The notes below the pieces were generated by a model. That model worked only from the letters and a program-made list of their open reading frames with translations. It had not been told where the DNA came from and searched no databases. DNA of 64,000 nt from Pseudomonadota bacterium (GTDB lineage: Bacteria; Bdellovibrionota_C; UBA2361; OMII01), in NCBI GenBank assembly GCA_038134595.1, contig JAYPVM010000006.1:64001-128000 (forward strand), in the 5' to 3' direction. The stretch's first letter is position 1. Each line of letters opens with the position of its first letter. A program made the position numbers and the translations under genes. Positions 8,574 to 18,798 of the stretch are shown one piece after another.

Positions 8574-10010
8574 TTACTCACCAAACCCATTTGCATGCTG
8601 GCGAACAAGCTCATTTGAAGATGTTTTCAAATTTTCTTTATCCGCTAATTTTTCCAAAAGCATTGCTGGCAACCCGCCTATTGAGCCTGCCCCTAAGCAT
8701 ACAATCACTTCCCCATCGACAAGCTCTCTGTCGAGAATCTCCCATACACCAGTAAGGGAAGGCACAAACGCCTTGTCACTATGGGTTACAGCAGTGGTTA
8801 AGTTCTCACCAGTGATGCCATCAATAGATTCCTCATTGGCGCTATAAATATCAGTAATAATAAGACGGTCGCAGTCCTTAAACGCTCCCTGCAAATCCTT
8901 CCAGCAACTCTCTGTGCGACTATATCTATGCGGCTGAAAAACTGCTGTAATTCGCCTCTTTGGACTTACAAAACACTCCCTCAAGGCACGCAGACTTGCC
9001 TGAATCTCAGTTGGATGGTGCCCGTAATCACTCATCACTGTCACACCTTGAGAAGTTCCCACCACTTCCAATCTTCGTTTTACTCCCCCAAAAGAGCATA
9101 GCGAACCTCGAACTGCATCTATCGGCACCCCAAACTCAAGTCCGACAGCGATTGCGGCCAATGCATTCTGCACCAAATGTCTACCTAACATTGGCAAAAA
9201 GAACCGTCCCAAGTCTTCGCCCAAAAACGTCACAGAAAACTCCATTCCTGCTGGGCCCGCAACTATATCAATCGCTCGCAAATCAGCATCCTCACTGAAG
9301 CCATATGACATAGTTCGGCGAGATATCTCACCTAAAAACTTTCGTAAAACTGGATCATCGATACAAAGTATTGCAAGCCCATAAAATGGTACTGATTCGA
9401 TAAACTGACGAAAAGAGTCCTCTAAGTCGCTACGTGAGCTGTAGGCATTCATATGCTCATCGTCTATATTAGTCACGACAGCAACGGTTGGCTTCATCAA
9501 CAAAAAGCTCCGATCGCTCTCGTCGGTTTCTGCCACGAGGTATTCCCCTCTACCGAGTCGAGCACCTGTACCTAAGTGTTGCAACTGCCCTCCAATAATA
9601 ACCGTCGGATCGAGCCCGCCTGCCTCAAGAATTGCGGAGGCAATACTTGTTGTTGTGGTCTTCCCGTGAGAGCCAGCAACACCCACACCGTACTTTAGCC
9701 GCATCAACTCCGCTAGCACTTCGGCGCGCCGCACTAACGGAAGCTGTCGCCTCTTTGCTTCGAGAATTTCCGGATTATCCGGCACTATGGCTGATGAATA
9801 AACTACCAGCGAGGCCTCGGCCGGTATGCTTTGAGCACTATGCGTAAAAACTATGTGCGCTCCCTGGGCCATCAATCTATTACAGACGGCACTCTTCTTA
9901 ATATCAGAGCCGCTCACCTGAAAACCTGAAGCTAGAAGAATTTCGGCCAATCCCGACATCCCGGAGCCGCCGATCCCTATAAAATGAAAATACAAGCCTG
10001 CTTTGTACAT
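8574..10010 (-). CDS. murC: UDP-N-acetylmuramate--L-alanine ligase
   Basis: HFIGIGGSGMSGLA, GSHGKTTTT, EADESD-like motif, DYGHHPTEI and FQPHRYSRT. Confidence 0.97.
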   Translation of the reverse strand: MYKAGLYFHFIGIGGSGMSGLAEILLASGFQVSGSDIKKSAVCNRLMAQGAHIVFTHSAQSIPAEASLVVYSSAIVPDNPEILEAKRRQLPLVRRAEVLAELMRLKYGVGVAGSHGKTTTTSIASAILEAGGLDPTVIIGGQLQHLGTGARLGRGEYLVAETDESDRSFLLMKPTVAVVTNIDDEHMNAYSSRSDLEDSFRQFIESVPFYGLAILCIDDPVLRKFLGEISRRTMSYGFSEDADLRAIDIVAGPAGMEFSVTFLGEDLGRFFLPMLGRHLVQNALAAIAVGLEFGVPIDAVRGSLCSFGGVKRRLEVVGTSQGVTVMSDYGHHPTEIQASLRALRECFVSPKRRITAVFQPHRYSRTESCWKDLQGAFKDCDRLIITDIYSANEESIDGITGENLTTAVTHSDKAFVPSLTGVWEILDRELVDGEVIVCLGAGSIGGLPAMLLEKLADKENLKTSSNELVRQHANGFGE

Positions 10011-10350
10011 AAAGCCTCACAAAACTCCGGTTATAAAAGAGGTCTTATAATACAGATAAATATACACAAGGAAAACTCTAGTATAGGGCATCTAGCTTTT
10101 ACGTGGCACGAGTCACATAACTAACTAAAAACGGGCGCGTTTTTGAGATTTTCATTCCCGTCGTTCCAGAACGGTTGGTAGTTATTTCAAACAAATCAGA
10201 CTAACAAAGGTCCCCACATCGCCTCCATGTAGCTTCAATTATCAAGATCGCTTTGAGTCGGATAAGACCATTGTTTGCATCGACAACCTTTACTAGACTA
10301 TTTGCTGGCAACAGGTGATAACACATTAAAATAGTATAGCAAATACGCCG

Positions 10351-11100
10351 ATGGAAATCCTTGAGGAGCTTAAAGTACTAGATCAACCAACAGATACGCC
10401 GCCCCAGGTGCGATATCAGTTTAAGTCTCTTCCCGGATCGAGCCACTCATGGGCCATAGGACATCTCCTGCGGGATATTAGAGGCAAGTCCATGCTGGAT
10501 GTGGGAGCAGGTGGTGGAGCAATTGGACAAATTATTGCCGGCCATCACCCACGACAGATTACAGCGGTTGAAATAGATAACCGAGCCCACGAGAATCTAC
10601 AAAAAACCTACAACTCTGTTTTCACTGAGGTTACTGAAATCCAGGGTGAGCGCTTTGACTGGATAGTTGCCTTGGACATCTTGGAACACCTTACAAATCC
10701 TGAGCAGTATATTAACAATCTGAGGAATCTTCTCTCTCCGGGCGGAAAAATGCTGGTTTCAGTTCCTAACGTTGCACATTGGAGCGTTCGCTTTCCCCTC
10801 TTTTTTTGCGGAAGTTTTGAATATCGCTCAATCGGAATTATGGATGCCTCTCATCTTTATTTCTTTACAAGAAAACGATTTCACCGACTGTGTGCCGGAT
10901 TAGCCAAAACAAATGTGATAGAATTTTCCTCGAGCATTGAGCCCTTCGAACTAGCTCTCCCTAAGTGGGTAGGAAAGAGTCCGATCTACCAAAAATTAAT
11001 CCCCGCCCGTCGTCTATTTGCCAAGGTATTACCGGGCCTTATGGCATACCAACATCTAGCCCTGCTACAAGATTCATCCTCCGACGACGTTACCTCGTAA
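10351..11100 (+). CDS. class I SAM-dependent methyltransferase (glycan-associated type)
   Basis: LDVGAGGG motif I, D-LEHL-NP, SVPNVAH and G-MD--HL-FFT. Confidence 0.85.
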   Translation: MEILEELKVLDQPTDTPPQVRYQFKSLPGSSHSWAIGHLLRDIRGKSMLDVGAGGGAIGQIIAGHHPRQITAVEIDNRAHENLQKTYNSVFTEVTEIQGERFDWIVALDILEHLTNPEQYINNLRNLLSPGGKMLVSVPNVAHWSVRFPLFFCGSFEYRSIGIMDASHLYFFTRKRFHRLCAGLAKTNVIEFSSSIEPFELALPKWVGKSPIYQKLIPARRLFAKVLPGLMAYQHLALLQDSSSDDVTS

Positions 11101-11281
11101 GCTCATCGAAAGCTTTTCCATCTACAAGGCATTTCTTGAGAATTAAGAATACTGGCTAACCCCGTCTTATGGGCCTAATAAGGTTCGCTATTTGAGGCAA
11201 AGGGATGTTATCAACAGTGGGCTCGTGCTAATGTCTAGTTGCAGCGCCAGGGAGAACTAAAAATAGAGTAAAGGCCCTTAA

Positions 11282-11611
11282 ATGAATATCAGCTTCATGG
11301 AAATAGCGGTCATATTTGGCTTGGCTCTCTTGTTGTTTGGGCCAGAGCAGTTGCCCCACATCGCCCGACAGGTCGGAAAACTCGTCGGTGAGCTTCGCAA
11401 GGGGAGCTCAATGATCAGAAAAGAGTGGTATAATGCGGTATATCCACCAGCCCAGGAAATGAAGCAAGAAATATCTCGCTACTCCTCAGAGCTACGCACG
11501 ATTGGCAACGAGGCCTTGTCATTATCTCCCACTGCTTCAGAGGCAAAAGATTCAACAGCAAACAGTGAGGCGTCGATCACAAGTAAAGGTGGAAAGGAGC
11601 ATAACCAATGA
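11282..11611 (+). CDS. tatB: twin-arginine translocase TatA/TatB family subunit
   Basis: EI-VI--LALLLFGPEQLP-IAR--GK; overlaps the tatC start. Confidence 0.85.
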   Translation: MNISFMEIAVIFGLALLLFGPEQLPHIARQVGKLVGELRKGSSMIRKEWYNAVYPPAQEMKQEISRYSSELRTIGNEALSLSPTASEAKDSTANSEASITSKGGKEHNQ

Positions 11612-12396
11612 CGGCTCCATCCTCAGAACAATCCACAATGGGCATCCTAGAACATCTTCGAGAGCTACGGCGTCGCGTGTTGTTTGTTGTGATATCAATT
11701 TTGATCGGAGCCTGTGGAAGCTATTACTATGCAGACATAATTTTCAATTGGCTGTGCGCCCCTTATTTCGAGGGTTTCGGCGACAGCGTTTTAATCGGCA
11801 CCTCCCCAGCTGAAGCCTGGATACTCAAAGTAAAGGTCTCCTTGTTCACGGGCGCCATCATTATGTCGCCGTTTATTTTTATGCAGGCCTGGCTGTTCAT
11901 ATCTCCAGCTCTCTATCGCTCGGAAAAACTGCTTGCGATTCCCTTTGTAGTATCAAGTAGCTTGCTTTTTCTTGGTGGCTCCCTTTTTTGTTACCACCAA
12001 GTGCTTCCGCTTTCGTTCCAGTTTTTTTACGAGCAGTTTCAATCAATCGGTGTTACCCCCACGATTAAAATAGGAGATCATATCTCTCTAACACTTCTAT
12101 GTATCCTTGGTTTCGGTGCAATATTTCAGTTGCCAGTTGCGACGTTCATTCTCGCTAGAATGGGGTTAATAGACCACAGATTTTTAACTCACTGGTTCCG
12201 TCACGCTGTGTTAATCATTTTTATCCTTGCAGCTATCATCACACCTCCTGATGTGATCACTCAATTCTTGATGGCTGGCCCACTGCTCATCCTTTACGCA
12301 ATTAGCATCATTATTGCTCGATACAGTTATAAGCCACTACCTGCTAAAGCAGACACTAATTCAGAAAAGACCCAACAGGATCTCTCAATACGATAA
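11608..12396 (+). CDS. tatC: twin-arginine translocase TatC
   Basis: EHLRELRRR, ISPALY, FQLP and AIITPPD; six TM segments. Confidence 0.97.
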   Translation: MTAPSSEQSTMGILEHLRELRRRVLFVVISILIGACGSYYYADIIFNWLCAPYFEGFGDSVLIGTSPAEAWILKVKVSLFTGAIIMSPFIFMQAWLFISPALYRSEKLLAIPFVVSSSLLFLGGSLFCYHQVLPLSFQFFYEQFQSIGVTPTIKIGDHISLTLLCILGFGAIFQLPVATFILARMGLIDHRFLTHWFRHAVLIIFILAAIITPPDVITQFLMAGPLLILYAISIIIARYSYKPLPAKADTNSEKTQQDLSIR

Positions 12397-12669
12397 TTAT
12401 CATCGAGCCTCTCCTAGTGTGGCTAACTTACCTAAAATCCCACTAAGTATCGAAGCCCCCATCCGTTCGAAACAGCTACAAGCTACAAACTCGCCTACAC
12501 GAACTAGTCCTCTTCTCACGATCATATGTGAATAAAATGTCCTCCGGCGCTCCCTATCCTCCAACAACCCACTTTCTTTCGATAGCAATCCCCAAGTTAC
12601 CTAAATCCTACAACTGCAAACCAACCCATCTATTTGGCGCCATACTTTTAGCCGTATCATACCGCTGGC

Positions 12670-12699
12670 TTGCAAAAATGGTGCTTTCCCCGATACACT
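12670..12699 (+). promoter_or_regulatory. sigma70-like promoter of the candidate sRNA
   Basis: TTGCAA(12670-12675)-18 bp-TACACT(12694-12699). Confidence 0.5.
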
Positions 12700-12705
12700 C
12701 ATTGT

Positions 12706-12870
12706 TTGACCTCAGGTCCCTTCAGGCTCTACCCTAAAAGTAGGGCGAATATTGACTGAAGTGGCTGGAAATCCCTCCCCATGTACTTAGCTTCCCCTCT
12801 GGTTGCTTCAGAAGATGTTTCGTTCAAACTGGTGCACCTATCTCTTTTCAGAGATAGGTGCTTTTTCTTT
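12706..12870 (+). ncRNA. candidate small regulatory RNA (~165 nt)
   Basis: Own promoter, a 5' stem (CTTCAG 12720-12725/CTGAAG 12756-12761 enclosing GCTCTAC/GTAGGGC), unpaired CCCTCCCC and CTTCCCCT, and a strong terminator. No convincing ORF. Confidence 0.55.
12834..12870 (+). terminator. intrinsic terminator
   Basis: Perfect 11-bp stem GCACCTATCTC/GAGATAGGTGC followed by TTTTTCTTT. Confidence 0.88.
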
Positions 12871-13023
12871 CTCAATTCACTCGTACTTTGAAAAGCTACC
12901 CCTGCAAAGCTATGCTCGGAGACACCTTTTTTATAGATATCAGGGGTATTGCTATTGACGTGTCCATAGTAGCATCTCTACCAAAAGGGAATTCCTACGC
13001 CTTAGAGCAATGGCATGTAGCAT

Positions 13024-14052
13024 ATGAAAGCGCGTTCAGTCACAATCACAGCCCAAGAGATACAAAAGCTCGTTGGAGGCACACTTCATGGGCCAGAAAA
13101 ATTCATTGTTCGAGGCCTCAGTACGTTAGAAGCCCCTCAAGCGGAGACAGTCGTTTTTTTTCGCGGCTCTTCAGAAAAGAAGCTTCAAGAAATAATCGCT
13201 CAGTCCCCCCCTTTGTTTATCTTAGTGGGATTTGCGCCCGAAAATGTAACAAACAACAGCTCTTGTCTATTACGTGTCGACAATCCTCAAGAGAGCTTTA
13301 TACGGCTAGTTGAAACCTTCTACGAATCTGATCAACCGCTTCCACATGTAAGCCCAAGTGCCATAATTCATCCTTCAGTAAAACTGGGAAATGATGTCTA
13401 CATCGGTTCACATGTAATCCTTGATGCCGATGTTACTCTGGGAGACGGAGTAAAAATCCATGGTGCCACCCATTTATATCGAGGTGTCACCGTCGGAGCA
13501 AACTCTGTTCTTTACAGTGGCGTTCGCGTTAGAGAGGATTGTGTAATTGGGTCAAACTGTACCGTGCATGCCAATTCTGTTATCGGAGCTGATGGCTTTG
13601 GCTATCTTCCCTCTCGATCTACTGGACTACTCAAAGTTCCTCAAGTCGGTTTTGTACTAATAGAGGATGACGTTGAAATTGGAGCTTTGACTTCCATAGA
13701 TCGTGGGACAGTTGGTCCAACAGTCGTTGGAAGGGGAACGAAAATAGACAACCAGGTTCAAATCGGACACAACGTTCAAATCGGCAAGTATTGTATTATC
13801 TGTGCTCAGGTTGGAATAGCTGGAAGTGCTGTGATCAGTGATGGCGTGGTTTTGGGAGGTGGTGTCGGCGTAGCCGATCATATTCACATTGCACGCGGCG
13901 TACGTGTAGGTGGTCACTCAGGAGTAGTAAGCAACCTACATATTCCGGGGGACTATCTGGGAATGCCAGCCATAAAGGCATCTTTGTATAAGCGAACACA
14001 GGTGTATCTCAAAAAACTTCGAGAAACCCGTAGTCGCTCCAAATCTATCTAA
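13024..14052 (+). CDS. lpxD: UDP-3-O-(3-hydroxyacyl)glucosamine N-acyltransferase
   Basis: Hexapeptide repeats, [18 protein letters not shown] and [13 protein letters not shown]. Confidence 0.96.
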   Translation: MKARSVTITAQEIQKLVGGTLHGPEKFIVRGLSTLEAPQAETVVFFRGSSEKKLQEIIAQSPPLFILVGFAPENVTNNSSCLLRVDNPQESFIRLVETFYESDQPLPHVSPSAIIHPSVKLGNDVYIGSHVILDADVTLGDGVKIHGATHLYRGVTVGANSVLYSGVRVREDCVIGSNCTVHANSVIGADGFGYLPSRSTGLLKVPQVGFVLIEDDVEIGALTSIDRGTVGPTVVGRGTKIDNQVQIGHNVQIGKYCIICAQVGIAGSAVISDGVVLGGGVGVADHIHIARGVRVGGHSGVVSNLHIPGDYLGMPAIKASLYKRTQVYLKKLRETRSRSKSI

Positions 14053-14067
14053 GGGAGCCCTGTACTA

Positions 14068-14673
14068 ATGACTTTAGAAGAATTAGCTCGTCAGCCTATA
14101 TTTACCGCAAGCATTGTTATCTGCGCGTTAGTCATCACATACGCAGTAGTCCGATGCTTATCTGCCCTCACTCAAGGCGCTGTACGAACCATTGCAAACG
14201 CGAGCATATCACCGATAGAGCTGGAGAGTATTGAATTAGCAGGCCACTTTCATGAAGACCTAGAGCAGCTTATTATATGGGTCGTATCAATTGAAAAACT
14301 CTCCGCCGAGCTTCCGGGTCCATTTGACGATCACTCATGGCTTCGACTGCTAGAGCTTATTGACACGCTCGAGATGATAAGAAATGAACTCAATACGAAA
14401 CTACAGGAATCAAACTTCGCTATCGCTCTTCCGCTAAGTCGATATCTCACGGGCCAAAAAACTACTCCTCCAGAAATTTCTCTTCCTAACGGAAAACAAA
14501 TTCATAGCATATCTCATTGGCAAGACACCTCGCATAACCTCATTCTGCGCATGCTCTCAAGGATAGAAGACGCTCTTACCTATGGCACAGGCGGAAATTC
14601 CAAGGAGATTTCAGATTCCTTTCGAAAAAACCTGGCAGACATAAAAGAAGACGTGCTTCAACGACGTGACTGA
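14068..14673 (+). CDS. hypothetical protein with N-terminal TM helix
   Basis: 201-aa ORF 15 bp after lpxD with a GGAG RBS and a hydrophobic N-terminus; no family recognised. Confidence 0.7.
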   Translation: MTLEELARQPIFTASIVICALVITYAVVRCLSALTQGAVRTIANASISPIELESIELAGHFHEDLEQLIIWVVSIEKLSAELPGPFDDHSWLRLLELIDTLEMIRNELNTKLQESNFAIALPLSRYLTGQKTTPPEISLPNGKQIHSISHWQDTSHNLILRMLSRIEDALTYGTGGNSKEISDSFRKNLADIKEDVLQRRD

Positions 14674-14692
14674 ACTGACACCAACCCTGAAG

Positions 14693-15973
14693 TCAACCTA
14701 CCTGCTTAGCAACCTCTACGGTAAAAAACTCTTCGTGCAAAACACTCACGGCCATCTTGCAATATTTTCGTGCAACCATAATGGAAATCTTTATCTCAGA
14801 TGTATTGACCATCTTAATGTCAATACCAGCACGCGCTAAGACTTTAAACACCCTCGAAGCGACTCCCGTGTGGTACCGCATGCCGATACCAACAACAGAA
14901 ACTTTTGCAATATCTCTCTGAATCGTCACCGCATTTGCCCTCAAGGTTTCAACGCTATTACGAATAATCTCCAGCGCTCGTTCGCTTTGTTCATCAGGGA
15001 CAGTTAAACTTACATTAACCTCATCGTCACCAATAAACTCCTGAGAGATCATGTCGATATAGATATCCTCCTCCGCAAGCACTTCGAATAGATGCGCTAA
15101 GGATTTAATATCAGCCTTCATGCCCGAGACAGCTATCTGAGCCTCGTCTAAGCGGTGCGTCACACCTGTCACCAACGCCTTTTCCATGAGTTCCTCCTCT
15201 GAGACAACGAATGTTCCATTTCTTCCGGGCTGCAAAGCTCCTAAAAACGTAGATAAAACCACTAGAGGTACCTTATATCGCATTGCAAAATAAACCGAGC
15301 GAGTATGGAGCACTTTCGCCCCCAAACTAGCCATTTCCAACATCTCTTCATGCGATACTTGCGGCAACAAACGTGCGTCTTTGCAAAGTCGGGGGTCAGT
15401 AGAAAACACCCCCGCAACATCAGTGTAGATAAAACACACCCGTGCGTGTAATACAGCTGCTAGAGCAACCGCCGTAATATCCGAGCCCCCTCTACCTAAG
15501 GTAGTAATGTCTCCCGAATCGACACAAATACCCTGAAATCCAGCAACAACAGGAATGCCATTATCTGCCAATAGACTTTTTAGCGCTTGACTTTCAATAC
15601 CCTCAATTTGTGCGTTAGTGTGCCGATCATTTGTAGAGATCCTTGCCTGAGGGGCCAAATAACTTCTTGCCTTCAATCCCCTATCCTGTAACGCCATCGC
15701 CAAAAGCGCTACAGACACCTGTTCGCCACTTGCCAAAAGAACATCCATCTCTCGCGGCGCTGGACTATTGGCACAGTGCTTGGCAAGGGATGTAAGGCGA
15801 TTAGTTTCTCCAGCCATCGCAGAAACAACCACAACTATACCTTCGTTCGGATTGCGCACTCGATGCTCTACGATAATATCAGCAACACGATTGATTCTAT
15901 CGACATCACCTACAGAAGTTCCTCCAAATTTCATAACTACGAGGGGGCATGTCACTAACACATCTGACCTCAT
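14693..15973 (-). CDS. lysC: aspartate kinase
   Basis: KFGGTSV, VVSAM, TLGRGGSD, GAKVLH and two ACT domains. Confidence 0.96.
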   Translation of the reverse strand: MRSDVLVTCPLVVMKFGGTSVGDVDRINRVADIIVEHRVRNPNEGIVVVVSAMAGETNRLTSLAKHCANSPAPREMDVLLASGEQVSVALLAMALQDRGLKARSYLAPQARISTNDRHTNAQIEGIESQALKSLLADNGIPVVAGFQGICVDSGDITTLGRGGSDITAVALAAVLHARVCFIYTDVAGVFSTDPRLCKDARLLPQVSHEEMLEMASLGAKVLHTRSVYFAMRYKVPLVVLSTFLGALQPGRNGTFVVSEEELMEKALVTGVTHRLDEAQIAVSGMKADIKSLAHLFEVLAEEDIYIDMISQEFIGDDEVNVSLTVPDEQSERALEIIRNSVETLRANAVTIQRDIAKVSVVGIGMRYHTGVASRVFKVLARAGIDIKMVNTSEIKISIMVARKYCKMAVSVLHEEFFTVEVAKQVG

Positions 15974-16467
15974 GGAACATCCCTCTCTACATGTGCTCGC
16001 CCAGGAGTTATCGTCAACGTTCGTTTTTCTGGTTCTTCCGTTTCATCCAAATCTATTGTGACGAAGAGGTCTATAGCCCCTTCGGGCCATCGAACGCTTT
16101 CTGGCCACTCGATCAATCGGAGTGTCGATTCATTAGGTTGCTCGTATAACTCATCCGGCAGTTCTGCAACCCTGTAAAGATCCCAATGCTCTACTGTAAA
16201 CTGAGTCCCAATCGCGTACTGATACTCGAGCGTATACGACGGTGAAGCCACCTGGTCAGATTGGCCTCCTAAAGCGGCAACAAAATACCGAACAAATGTT
16301 GTCTTGCCCGCGCCCAAAGGTCCCGACAAGCCAATAACACATCCGCCATCGACTGCAGCCGCAAGCCATTGGGCAGCTTGCCTGGTGTCATACTCGCAAG
16401 AGATGCAGAATATCTTGTTCATCATAGCAATTCGGCAGTACCCGAACCGAAACAACCACAGAAGCAC
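15970..16467 (-). CDS. tsaE: tRNA threonylcarbamoyladenosine biosynthesis ATPase TsaE
   Basis: GPLGAGKT, SP-Y/F, H-DLYR and IEWP. The true start may be 16425. Confidence 0.93.
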   Translation of the reverse strand: MLLWLFRFGYCRIAMMNKIFCISCEYDTRQAAQWLAAAVDGGCVIGLSGPLGAGKTTFVRYFVAALGGQSDQVASPSYTLEYQYAIGTQFTVEHWDLYRVAELPDELYEQPNESTLRLIEWPESVRWPEGAIDLFVTIDLDETEEPEKRTLTITPGRAHVERDVP

Positions 16468-16479
16468 AGAGTAGCAAGA

Positions 16480-17895
16480 CTATTCGCTCCATTCAGTATG
16501 AAAAACACCATCTTTATCTTTCCGCTCGTACGTATGGGCTCCAAAGAAATCTCGTTGTGCCTGCGTCAGGTTTTGAGGCAGATCAACCGTTCTAAAGCTA
16601 TCAAAATACGACAGTGATCCACTAAGCGCCAGTGTGGGAACACCCCGCTCCGCCGCCCTACAAACAACAGACCGAAGGCTTGGAATACAGCGAGTTAGCT
16701 CCTCCTTCATAAACGGATCTGTAACTAGATTTTTCAGATCTTGCTTTCCTTTAAACGCCCTGCGAATTTCATCTAAAAATTGCGCGCGGATAATACATCC
16801 GCCCTTCCACATAGCCGCAATTTCATCTAACTTCAAATCCCATTGCCAATGGTCCGATGCAGAAGCTATAAGAGCCATTCCCTGGGCATAAGACATAATT
16901 TTCGAGGCATACAGTGCATCGTGAACTTGTGAGACTAATTCGTCCGACCGAGCTGGAGCCGATTCAATAGCCTCTGGCGACATGAAATCTTTTGCGCCCT
17001 CAATTCGCTGATCCTTCATACTACTCAGGATCCGAGCATCCACTGCCGCCGATATTGTTGGAATAGCGACACCAAGCTCCAGTGCAATTTGAGCGGTCCA
17101 CGTTCCGGTTCCTTTTTGGCCAGCCTTGTCTAGTATTTTATCTACTAAAAAGGAACTATCATCCTCATCTCGCTTTCCAAAGATTTTTGCCGTAATCTCT
17201 ATTAAATAAGATGAAAGCGGCCCACTATTCCAAGAAGTAAAAATCTCCTGAAGCTCGATGGGCGTGTATCCCCCGATTCTTTTTAGGATGTCATACGCCT
17301 CTGCAATTAACTGCATGTCACCATATTCGATCCCATTGTGAACCATCTTAACAAAATGGCCAGCCCCATTAGGCCCAACGTAATTTGTGCATGGCTCATC
17401 TGCTACCGCCGCAATTTTCTCTAGTAACGGCTGGACAATCCTCCACGCTTCTTTAGGGCCTCCAGGCATCAAACTTGGGCCTTTGAGCGCACCCTCCTCG
17501 CCTCCTGAGATTCCAACTCCCAGAAAGTTCAAACCAACATCGTACAGTTTTTTCTCCCGACGAATTGTATCCTTGAAATAAGTATTTCCTCCATCGATTA
17601 TGATATCGCCCTTATCCAAAAGAGGAATGAGCTGATCAATAATTGCATCAACTGCTCCGCCAGCCTTGATCATTATAAATATTTGCCTTGGAGCCTGCAT
17701 GCTGTTAACAAATCCCTCCAAGTCATAGGAGGATACGAATGCACTGCCATCAACGACAAAATCTTTTTCGAACTGCTCAGTCACACTTCGACTGCGATTG
17801 TAAACTGCAACTGGTATGCCACGACTCTCAATGTTTCGGGCTAAATTGGAACCCATCACTGCTAAACCGATTACACCAACGTTTGGCTTACTCAT
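16480..17895 (-). CDS. gnd: 6-phosphogluconate dehydrogenase (NADP+, decarboxylating)
   Basis: GLAVMG, SGGEEGA, KMVHNGIEYGDMQ and QAQRDFFGAHTY. Confidence 0.98.
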   Translation of the reverse strand: MSKPNVGVIGLAVMGSNLARNIESRGIPVAVYNRSRSVTEQFEKDFVVDGSAFVSSYDLEGFVNSMQAPRQIFIMIKAGGAVDAIIDQLIPLLDKGDIIIDGGNTYFKDTIRREKKLYDVGLNFLGVGISGGEEGALKGPSLMPGGPKEAWRIVQPLLEKIAAVADEPCTNYVGPNGAGHFVKMVHNGIEYGDMQLIAEAYDILKRIGGYTPIELQEIFTSWNSGPLSSYLIEITAKIFGKRDEDDSSFLVDKILDKAGQKGTGTWTAQIALELGVAIPTISAAVDARILSSMKDQRIEGAKDFMSPEAIESAPARSDELVSQVHDALYASKIMSYAQGMALIASASDHWQWDLKLDEIAAMWKGGCIIRAQFLDEIRRAFKGKQDLKNLVTDPFMKEELTRCIPSLRSVVCRAAERGVPTLALSGSLSYFDSFRTVDLPQNLTQAQRDFFGAHTYERKDKDGVFHTEWSE

Positions 17896-18019
17896 ACAAA
17901 CTCTCCTTACCGCTCACTCCCGCAGCCCTATTTTTTAGTCAAATATCGTGACCTATTGTTACTTCCCTGGTGGGAATGTACGCCTTTATATGCAGCCGGT
18001 ATTCTAGGACAGATTGAGA

Positions 18020-18787
18020 TTAAGATCCACTAGGCAAAAAACAGGGGATTTTTCTTCGTGTTACCTGACTTTCTCCACATTGCACCTGATACTGTAGGCC
18101 TTGTGTAAGCTCCACTATTGACAAAGCATTTCCATATGCAATTCCAGTGTCAATTCCTAACTTGTAGGGCAAGTCAATAAACAGTTCGTTAAAGGATGTG
18201 TGGCCAAAGACAACTGTTTTTCCAAATCTATGCTGATTGTTGATAAAGTCGTGTCGAATCCATCGTAAATCATGAGGATCTTGCATCTCTAGAGGCACTT
18301 CAGGCCTAATGCCCGCGTGGACTAAAATATAATTATCTACTATCACACCGACTGGCAGCCCTTGGATAAAATCTATATCCCCCGGTGGAAGCGCTCGCAC
18401 TATCTCACTCCGCTCCATCGTGGGATCAATACCGTAACTTTCTAAGCATTGTGTTCCACCATTTGCCAGGTAAAACTCTCCGTGCTCTCCACTCAGGCCG
18501 AGAAAACTCAGTAACATTTCTTCGTGATTTCCCTGAAGACACTGCGTATTGGGATTTTTTTGACAGAAAGCCCTTAGATATTCAATGACCCCACGAGAGT
18601 CTGGCCCCCTGTCGATGTAATCACCTATAAAGACCACCAAGTCATATTCGGTAATAGGGCGCTCTTGAGAAATGAAATCAATAAGTGTCGCAAGCTCTTT
18701 TAAATTGCCGTGGACATCGCCCACCGCATAGATGCGCTGGAAATCATCCGGCAATATTATAAATTCCCCCATAGGCGATTCACTCAT
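18020..18787 (-). CDS. PPP-family metallophosphoesterase (Ser/Thr protein phosphatase-like)
   Basis: GDVHG, GDYIDRG, GNHE, HAG, GHT and DTG motifs. Confidence 0.92.
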   Translation of the reverse strand: MSESPMGEFIILPDDFQRIYAVGDVHGNLKELATLIDFISQERPITEYDLVVFIGDYIDRGPDSRGVIEYLRAFCQKNPNTQCLQGNHEEMLLSFLGLSGEHGEFYLANGGTQCLESYGIDPTMERSEIVRALPPGDIDFIQGLPVGVIVDNYILVHAGIRPEVPLEMQDPHDLRWIRHDFINNQHRFGKTVVFGHTSFNELFIDLPYKLGIDTGIAYGNALSIVELTQGLQYQVQCGESQVTRRKIPCFLPSGS

Positions 18788-18798
18788 ATCGAAGGGTT

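Noticed and set aside
12400..12737. Short ORFs of 62-73 aa between tatC and lpxD
   Set aside because: Weak starts, no convincing RBS or recognisable motifs, and mutually overlapping; likely spurious.
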